Program-made: the position numbers and the translations under genes | Shown here: positions 57,201 through 64,000 of the stretch, in pieces | How the letters are laid out: each line of letters begins with the position of its first letter | How positions within the stretch are numbered: position 1 is the first letter of the stretch | Assembly (NCBI GenBank): GCA_012800735.1 | Contig: JAAZIU010000042.1 | Location: 36,809-100,808 of the forward strand | Direction: 5' to 3' | Length of the DNA: 64,000 bases | Source: Clostridiales bacterium | Lineage (GTDB): Bacteria > Bacillota > Clostridia > Oscillospirales > CAG-272 | The notes under the pieces: model-generated | The model's database searches: none | The model's input: the letters and a program-made list of their open reading frames with translations, nothing else | What the model was told of the DNA's origin: nothing

Positions 57201-57229
57201 TTGACAATCCGGGCGAATTATGTTATAAT
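57201..57229 (+). promoter_or_regulatory. sigma-A type promoter
   Basis: TTGACA (57201-06), 17-nt spacer, TGtTATAAT (57224-29). Confidence 0.65.
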
Positions 57230-57321
57230 TATCGCAAATAATGTTAAATGCAACAACAACTTTAACAAGACTTCTGATGAAACATAATCAGTCGGATTTT
57301 ATCGAGAATGGAGAGTAACCA

Positions 57322-58086
57322 ATGAATACTGAGAGGAGAAATGCGGTAAGAAATCTTCTGGCATCCAAACCGTTTGTCTCACTGAAAGAGCTGGAACAAA
57401 TGTTCCCTAATGTTTCAAGTATGACCCTTCGTCGAGATATAGAATACTTTGAAAGCCAGGGAGAGGCTATTAAGGTTCGCGGTGGTGCGCGTTCCATGAA
57501 GTTTATAACAACTTCAATGGAAGATACCTTTAATCTTCGCTTAAGTGAAAATCCCGATGCGAAAGAAAAGGTTGCATTGGCAGCAATTGAACTAATCGAA
57601 ACCGGAAGGTCTCTTTTTTTGGATTCCGGTACTACAATGCTAAAGCTTGCTTCCCTGCTTCCGGATGAGCGTCTCACCGTAACAACAACCGGTCCCAATA
57701 TAGCTCTTGAATTGGTAAAAAAGAGTCAGCCGATAGTGAACATTGTCGGAGGAATGCTCAATCGCGACAACATCAGCGTATCCGGCAATCAGGCTCTGCG
57801 TCAGATAAATGATATTAATATTGACATAGCTTTTATAGTACCAAGCGGTATCAGTGCGCAGAACGGACTGACCAGCGGCAATTATTCAGAATGCGAACTT
57901 AAAAAGCTTGTGGTTCAGAAAGCTCGCAAAATTATAGTATTAATGGACAGCTCTAAGTTGGATAAGATCCTTCCTTATACATTTGCCGATATTACCGAAG
58001 TCGACACGATAATTACCGATAAGCCTTTGCCGGATGACATAAACAAAATCGTTGAAAGTGCCGGCGTAAATATCAAACTCGCATAA
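57322..58086 (+). CDS. DeoR-family transcriptional regulator
   Basis: wHTH LKELEQMFPNVSSMTLRRDI plus a DeoR C-domain. Confidence 0.85.
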   Translation: MNTERRNAVRNLLASKPFVSLKELEQMFPNVSSMTLRRDIEYFESQGEAIKVRGGARSMKFITTSMEDTFNLRLSENPDAKEKVALAAIELIETGRSLFLDSGTTMLKLASLLPDERLTVTTTGPNIALELVKKSQPIVNIVGGMLNRDNISVSGNQALRQINDINIDIAFIVPSGISAQNGLTSGNYSECELKKLVVQKARKIIVLMDSSKLDKILPYTFADITEVDTIITDKPLPDDINKIVESAGVNIKLA

Positions 58087-58127
58087 ACAATCTGCAATTC
58101 AACCATAAACGGAGGAATAAATACAAT

Positions 58128-59402
58128 ATGGCTTCGCTTGTTATCATGCCACGTCAGGGCCAAAGCGTTGAAAGCTGCATTGTTTCCGAAATGAAAGTAA
58201 AAGTCGGAGACAATGTAGCAGAGGGCGACATATTATTTACATATGAAACCGACAAGTCTTCCTTTGAAGAAAAAGCAAAGGAAAGCGGTACGGTGCTCGC
58301 TGTTTTCTGTGCTGACGGTGAAGATGTTCCCTGCCTTGATCCTGTATGCGTTATAGGAAATCCTGGTGAGGATTATTCGTCATTGATTCCCGGCAAAGAA
58401 GGCGCTGAACCGGAGAGTATTAAGGTCGAGGTAACGGTTGCTTCCGAAAAGCAAGCCGAAGCTTCTCAGACCGGTAATATCGGCGTAATCGAAGAACGTC
58501 TGAAAATCAGTCCGCGCGCGCGTCATCTTGCAGAACGTACCGATGCGGATATCAGCAAAGCCGTTCCGACAGGTCCCAACGGTCGTATAATAGAACGGGA
58601 TATTAATGCCCTCCTCGACAAGGGACTGACACTTTCGTCTGCCGAAGTTGCTGCGGAAAAAACCGCAGAAACTGTTGCTACACCTGTAGCAGTACCGGAA
58701 GCTGAATATGAAGATGTTAAAATTCCGAATATCCGCAAGGTAATAGCCAAGTCAATGCACGATTCCCTTTCAAACATGGCTCAGCTTACCTTGAATACCA
58801 CCTTTGACGCAACTCAGATTCAGGCTTACCGCGCTGCTCTTAAAGACAATGCCGAAAGCCTTGGTCTTGCCAATATAACCTTAAATGACATGGTCTGTTT
58901 CGGTGTTGCCAAAACAATTCTTAATTTCAAGGATCTGAACGCTCATTGGCTTGACGATACGCAGATGATGCGTTATTTCAAGCACTGCAACCTCGGTGTT
59001 GCGGTTGATACTCCGCGCGGCTTGCTGGTAGTTACCGTTCCAAAAGCCGATACGCTTTCTCTAAATGAATTTTCGGAAGCTGCAAAGCAGCTTGTTTCTG
59101 AAGCTCAGTCAGGGAGTATCAGTCCGGATAAACTAAAAGGAGCTACGTTTACCGTTTCAAATCTCGGCTCTTTAGGAGTTGAATCCTTTACACCGGTTAT
59201 AAATCCTCCGCAGACCGGTATACTCGGAGTTAATACCATAACCCGCCGTGTAAAGGTTGTTGACGGTAAAGATGTTTTCTACAATGCAATGGGTCTTTCA
59301 CTTACCTTTGATCACCGCGCGATTGACGGCGCTCCAGCTGCAAAATTCCTGAAAGAGCTTGTGAAAAATCTCGAGAACTTCAACCTGCTTCTTGCAAAGT
59401 AA
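58128..59402 (+). CDS. dihydrolipoamide acyltransferase (E2) of a 2-oxoacid dehydrogenase complex
   Basis: Lipoyl domain with ETDKS, a subunit-binding domain (ISPRARHLA), and the catalytic motif DHRAIDG. Confidence 0.9.
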   Translation: MASLVIMPRQGQSVESCIVSEMKVKVGDNVAEGDILFTYETDKSSFEEKAKESGTVLAVFCADGEDVPCLDPVCVIGNPGEDYSSLIPGKEGAEPESIKVEVTVASEKQAEASQTGNIGVIEERLKISPRARHLAERTDADISKAVPTGPNGRIIERDINALLDKGLTLSSAEVAAEKTAETVATPVAVPEAEYEDVKIPNIRKVIAKSMHDSLSNMAQLTLNTTFDATQIQAYRAALKDNAESLGLANITLNDMVCFGVAKTILNFKDLNAHWLDDTQMMRYFKHCNLGVAVDTPRGLLVVTVPKADTLSLNEFSEAAKQLVSEAQSGSISPDKLKGATFTVSNLGSLGVESFTPVINPPQTGILGVNTITRRVKVVDGKDVFYNAMGLSLTFDHRAIDGAPAAKFLKELVKNLENFNLLLAK

Positions 59403-59441
59403 ATTACAGTTTTTTAACTGATATTGAGGTAACTGAATATC

Positions 59442-60809
59442 ATGTATGATCTTATTATTCTCGGCGGAGGTCCCGCCGGTTACAATGCCGCGGAGCGCGC
59501 GGCGGAGAACGGACTAAAAACGCTGCTCTTTGAAGGGCGCGCTCTCGGAGGCGTCTGTCTTAATGAAGGCTGCATTCCGACAAAGACCCTGTTGTATTCT
59601 GCAAAAATATACGACTACGCGAAGCACTCAAAGGAATACGGTGTCAGCTTTGACGGAGCAACGATTGATCACAACGCCGTAATAGACCGCAAGGAAAAAG
59701 TTGTTAAGATGCTTGTCGGAGGTGTAGGCGCTTCGTTAAAAAAGCTGGGGGTTGAAGTTGTTTCCGAATTTGCCAAAATTAAAGGTAAATCTTCGGCTGG
59801 TATAGCTGTTGAAGCAGGCGGAAAAGAATATGTCGGCACTCACTTATTGATCTGCACCGGCTCCGAAGCATCCGTTCCCCCGATACCCGGACTTCGCGAA
59901 TCTCTTAAATCGGGCTTTGGCATGACATCGCGAGAATTTCTTTCCAACCGGCAACTTCCGAAAGAACTCGTTGTTATAGGCGGCGGAGTTATAGGTCTTG
60001 AAATGGCCTCATATATGTGTTCCGTCGGTGTCAAAGTCACGGTTCTTGAAATGATGGATTATATCGCCGGTCCGACAGACCGCGAAATCAGCTCAACACT
60101 TCAGAAAAATTACATAAAAAAGGGTGTTTCCTTCATTTTAGGCGCTAAAGTAACATCAATCGGCTCTGATTGCGTAAATTATGAGCTTAACGGTAAAACT
60201 CAATCGGTAAAATGCGACAAAGTTCTTATTTCTATTGGACGCCGGGCGAATACCAAAGACATCGGACTTGAAAATCTCGGAATACTTACCGAACGCGGCG
60301 CAATAGTCACAACTGATGAAATGAAGACTTCTGTTCCAAATGTTTGGGCTGCCGGCGATGTCAACGGAAAAATCATGCTTGCGCATACCGGATACCGTGA
60401 AGGTGAAGTTGCTGTCAATAACATACTCGGAAAATCTGACCGCATCAATTACAATTCTATACCTTCGGTTATATACACCAATCCCGAGGTAGCCGCAGTC
60501 GGCGAGACATCCGAATCTGCAAAAGCTAAAAATCTTGACGTCATATCTCAGACGCTTACAATGAAATATTCAGGACGTTATGTTGCCGAAAATGAAGGTG
60601 GTGACGGCATTGTCAAACTCGTCGTTGATAGAAAGCATCAGACTCTTTTAGGTGTCAGTATGATAGGCAACTACAGCTCGGAAATAATCTACGGAGCCGC
60701 AATTATGATAGAAAAGGCGATGAGAGTAGAGCAGATAAAGAAACTCGTATTCCCTCATCCGACCGTGTGCGAAATAATTCGAGAAGCTATAAATCAGATT
60801 GAATTCTGA
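59442..60809 (+). CDS. lpdA: dihydrolipoyl dehydrogenase (E3)
   Basis: GGGPAGY, the redox disulfide GGVCLNEGCIPTK, and the C-terminal HPT motif. Confidence 0.9.
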   Translation: MYDLIILGGGPAGYNAAERAAENGLKTLLFEGRALGGVCLNEGCIPTKTLLYSAKIYDYAKHSKEYGVSFDGATIDHNAVIDRKEKVVKMLVGGVGASLKKLGVEVVSEFAKIKGKSSAGIAVEAGGKEYVGTHLLICTGSEASVPPIPGLRESLKSGFGMTSREFLSNRQLPKELVVIGGGVIGLEMASYMCSVGVKVTVLEMMDYIAGPTDREISSTLQKNYIKKGVSFILGAKVTSIGSDCVNYELNGKTQSVKCDKVLISIGRRANTKDIGLENLGILTERGAIVTTDEMKTSVPNVWAAGDVNGKIMLAHTGYREGEVAVNNILGKSDRINYNSIPSVIYTNPEVAAVGETSESAKAKNLDVISQTLTMKYSGRYVAENEGGDGIVKLVVDRKHQTLLGVSMIGNYSSEIIYGAAIMIEKAMRVEQIKKLVFPHPTVCEIIREAINQIEF

Positions 60810-60842
60810 TAGAACAACAGTTTTTATATAAGGAGAAAAAAT

Positions 60843-63332
60843 ATGCCAAAAAGCCAATTTATCGATCCTCGGGAAGTGCTGAAACCCGGAAAGATTCAAT
60901 TTAAAGACATCCAGGTCAATCAGTATAATAAAACGATCGAAGAAGAGGTCAAGATTTACGGCAAGGAAACCTTGATGCGCATTTATCGCGACATGGTTGC
61001 TATCCGTGAGTTTGAGACCATGCTTAACCTTATAAAAACCCAGAATGCTTATAACGGTATTGAGTATTCATATCCCGGGCCGGCTCACCTTTCATACGGA
61101 CAGGAAGCTTCTGCTGTCGGTATGGCGTATGCCCTTGATATCAATGACTTTACTTTTGGCACTCACCGCTCTCACGGCGAAATAATCGCCAAAGGACTTT
61201 CAGCGATTGAAAAGCTTGACGACGAAGAGATTTACGAAATAATGAAGAACTTCCTCGGTGGCAAAACTCTTGCTGTTGTGGAAGGCAAAGAAGAAAATAA
61301 AGGCTGTGTAAAGGACTTGGCTTTTGATTTTCTGCTTTATGGCGCTCTTGCCGAAATCTTCGGCCGCGAGACCGGTTTTTCTAAGGGTCTTGGCGGCTCG
61401 ATGCACGCATTCTTCCTGCCGTTCGGAATTTATCCGAACAACGCCATAGTCGGAGGCGGTGTCCCTGCCGCCACCGGCGCTGCTCTTTATAAAAGGGTAA
61501 ATCGTAAACCCGGTATTATTGTTGCTAACTTCGGAGACGGAGCAACCGGTCGCGGTCCCGTTCTCGAAAGCTTCAACTTCTCGGCAATGGATCAGATAAA
61601 GAAGCTCTGGCATACAACAGAAAAAGACGGATATAACGCCGGTCTGCCGATTATCTTTAATGTATACAACAACTTCTACGCCATGGGCGGACAGACCTAC
61701 GGTGAAACCATGGCTTGGGATATGCTCGCTCGAATCGGCGCAGGAGTAAATCCTGAGCAGATGCATTCCGAGCGCGTTAACGGTTTAAATCCGCTTGCCC
61801 TCATAGATGCATTTCAAAGAAAGAAAAAGATTCTGCTTGACGGTGACGGACCGGTTCTGCTTGACACAATAACCTATCGTTACAGCGGTCATTCCCCGTC
61901 CGACTCTTCAACTTATCGCACCGAAGAAGAGATCGAAGCCTGGAGAAATTTCGACTCCATTGAAAATTACAAAAATCGTCTCATAGACGGTGGGATTGCC
62001 GAGGAGTCAGAGTTTGAAGCAATTCAGGAAGCTATATCGAAGCGTATGACAAAGATTTGCCGTCTTTCCACCGACGATGACATTTCACCTCGTATCGATC
62101 TTGAACGCAATCCAGATACCATTGCCTCCATTATGTTTTCAAACGAACATAAAGAGATTATGGAAGAAGGACGCGAGCCGGATGTTCTCATACCTATGGA
62201 AGAGAATCCCCGCGTTAAGAAGATTGCAGAACTTAATCGCTATGCTTATGATGAAAAGGGAGCAAAATATCCGGCACTCAGAACATACAATGTTCGTGAT
62301 GCCTTGTTTGAAGCTATTATAGATAAATTCTATAAAGATCCTACCCTTATTGCATATGGCGAAGATAACCGCGATTGGGGCGGCGCATACGCTGTCTACC
62401 GCGGACTTACCGAATGCCTGCCCTATCATCGCTTCTTCAACGCTCCTATTTCTGAATCCGCTATTGTCGGAACAGCCGTCGGATATGCGATGTGCGGCGG
62501 CCGCGCTATAGTAGAAATAATGTATGCTGACTTCCTTGCCTGCAGCGGTGACGAACTATTTAACCAGCTTGCCAAATGGCAGTCGATGTCTGCCGGACTT
62601 TTGAAAATGCCGGTTATTGTCCGCGTTTCCGTCGGATCTAAATATGGCGCTCAGCATTCTCAGGACTGGACCGCGCTTTGCGCTCATATTCCCGGGCTTA
62701 AAGTTGTCTTCCCGTCTACCCCTTATGACTGCAAGGGTCTCATGACTGCCGCGCTCAACGGCACCGACCCGGTAATATTCTTCGAATCTCAGCGAGTTTA
62801 CGGTTATGGTGAGCAATTCCATAAGGAAGGCGTTCCGAAGGAGTCATATGAGATAACCATCGGAGAGCCTGATGTAAAACTCGAAGGTAAGGATGTAACC
62901 ATACTCACTATCGGCGCCGTGCTTTACCGCGCTATCGAAGCCGCAAAGACCCTGAAAGAGAAATACGGCATTGAAGCTGAAGTTATCGACTCCCGCTCGA
63001 TAGTTCCCTTCAACTACGAAAAAGTAATTGAATCGGTTAAGAAGACCGGTAAAATCGTTGTCGTCGGTGACGCTTGCGAACGCAACTCGGTAATGAAAGA
63101 CATGGCTGCCAACATTAACGAACTTGCATTCGATTATCTTGATGCTCCTGCAGTTGCCCTCGGTTCCCGCAACTGGATAACCCCCGCTTATGAGCTTGAA
63201 AAATACTTCTTCCCGCAGGCAACTACCATAATCGACGCGATTCATGAAAAACTTATGCCTATCCCGGGTTACACACCTACCTATAACCTGACTGACCTTG
63301 AAAAAGCAGATCGTTCCAAGAAGGGTGTCTGA
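60843..63332 (+). CDS. fused E1 alpha+beta subunit, TPP-dependent 2-oxoacid (acetoin/BCKA/pyruvate-type) dehydrogenase
   Basis: An 829-aa single ORF. The N-half carries the E1-alpha TPP motif (GDGATGRG...NN.YA) and the C-half is E1-beta/transketolase-like. Confidence 0.8.
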   Translation: MPKSQFIDPREVLKPGKIQFKDIQVNQYNKTIEEEVKIYGKETLMRIYRDMVAIREFETMLNLIKTQNAYNGIEYSYPGPAHLSYGQEASAVGMAYALDINDFTFGTHRSHGEIIAKGLSAIEKLDDEEIYEIMKNFLGGKTLAVVEGKEENKGCVKDLAFDFLLYGALAEIFGRETGFSKGLGGSMHAFFLPFGIYPNNAIVGGGVPAATGAALYKRVNRKPGIIVANFGDGATGRGPVLESFNFSAMDQIKKLWHTTEKDGYNAGLPIIFNVYNNFYAMGGQTYGETMAWDMLARIGAGVNPEQMHSERVNGLNPLALIDAFQRKKKILLDGDGPVLLDTITYRYSGHSPSDSSTYRTEEEIEAWRNFDSIENYKNRLIDGGIAEESEFEAIQEAISKRMTKICRLSTDDDISPRIDLERNPDTIASIMFSNEHKEIMEEGREPDVLIPMEENPRVKKIAELNRYAYDEKGAKYPALRTYNVRDALFEAIIDKFYKDPTLIAYGEDNRDWGGAYAVYRGLTECLPYHRFFNAPISESAIVGTAVGYAMCGGRAIVEIMYADFLACSGDELFNQLAKWQSMSAGLLKMPVIVRVSVGSKYGAQHSQDWTALCAHIPGLKVVFPSTPYDCKGLMTAALNGTDPVIFFESQRVYGYGEQFHKEGVPKESYEITIGEPDVKLEGKDVTILTIGAVLYRAIEAAKTLKEKYGIEAEVIDSRSIVPFNYEKVIESVKKTGKIVVVGDACERNSVMKDMAANINELAFDYLDAPAVALGSRNWITPAYELEKYFFPQATTIIDAIHEKLMPIPGYTPTYNLTDLEKADRSKKGV

Positions 63333-63352
63333 CTCTTAAACGAAATAATATT

Positions 63353-63397
63353 CCCGGAGAGAAAATTCAATCGGATTTCTCTCCGGGTTGTTTTTGT
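63353..63397 (+). terminator. intrinsic terminator
   Basis: CCCGGAGAGAAA-12 nt-TTTCTCTCCGGG followed by TTGTTTTT. Confidence 0.8.
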
Positions 63398-63426
63398 TTA
63401 TGTTAGATATACATGATTTTATGCTA

Positions 63427-64000
63427 TCAATCCGGCATAATGGTGAAATATGTCATCGTCCGGTTTTCGTAAAGCTCGGGATGCAGCACCTGCGCCATGT
63501 CTTCATATAAAAGTTGCGGCTGGTCAACGCTCATCCAAAATGCATCGCTATATTCATATAGCTTATTGTTTTGCGCTGCTGGGGTATCTTTAAGTAAAGG
63601 CGCCATATCATAAAGCGCAGCTTTGCCCGGCATAAAGCTCGGAGTGGAGGTATAAAGGATTATATCAGCCTGCTCGGCGTGGATAAGAAAGTCTTCAATA
63701 GAGATATATAACGAGTCTCGATCCAAATCCTTTAAAAGGTAATCTCCGTTAACTTCGGCGACGATTTTAGCAAGCCAGCCTTGTCCGTCAACAGCGATGA
63801 CGGTACCGTCATAAATGTATGCCATTAAAATCTTCGGAGTTGTGGCTTCGGAGGTTTTTGCTATTGTTTCTTCGATATTAGCTTTAATTTCGGCGACATA
63901 ATCCGCTGCAGCCTTATCTTCATTGAAGAATGTAAGGATAAACTTCAGCCACTCCATTCGAGCCAGCGCAGTTGGTTCCATGTATTCATTATCAACGGCG
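63427..64000 (-). CDS. ABC-type periplasmic binding protein (siderophore/cobalamin family), C-terminal part; 5' end outside the window
   Basis: The ORF is open to the window edge. The sequence style fits PF01497-type binding proteins. Confidence 0.5.
   Translation of the reverse strand, partial: AVDNEYMEPTALARMEWLKFILTFFNEDKAAADYVAEIKANIEETIAKTSEATTPKILMAYIYDGTVIAVDGQGWLAKIVAEVNGDYLLKDLDRDSLYISIEDFLIHAEQADIILYTSTPSFMPGKAALYDMAPLLKDTPAAQNNKLYEYSDAFWMSVDQPQLLYEDMAQVLHPELYENRTMTYFTIMPD

Overview
This is a gene-dense, mostly core-chromosomal segment of a Firmicute, Clostridia-like judging by the proteins, the TGnTATAAT promoters and the T-box. I support about 55 protein genes and one tRNA-Val(GAC). 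Housekeeping genes: rplS, comM, mnmA, dinB, obg, ligA, nrdR, glpK, ftsH. Metabolic clusters: iorA-iorB-paaK-ACT; a DeoR-linked Zn-ADH / aldolase-SDR / PHP operon; a DeoR-linked E2-E3-fused-E1 2-oxoacid dehydrogenase cluster; three adenylate-forming ligases; and five xylose-isomerase-like TIM-barrel domains. I saw no integrase, transposase, phage, cas, toxin-antitoxin or recognisable defence genes. The most unusual items are: (1) a complete T-box leader, apparent specifier CUC/Leu, controlling a fused TIM-barrel::acyl-CoA ligase rather than a usual T-box target; (2) an orphan type I-C-like CRISPR repeat unit (one intact 33-nt repeat, a 12-nt repeat 3' remnant, one 33-nt spacer) between two GNAT genes with no cas genes in the window; (3) a PurF paralog lacking the N-terminal catalytic Cys, coupled to a GNAT. 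All product calls rest on my reading of the translated ORFs and motifs; no database search was run.
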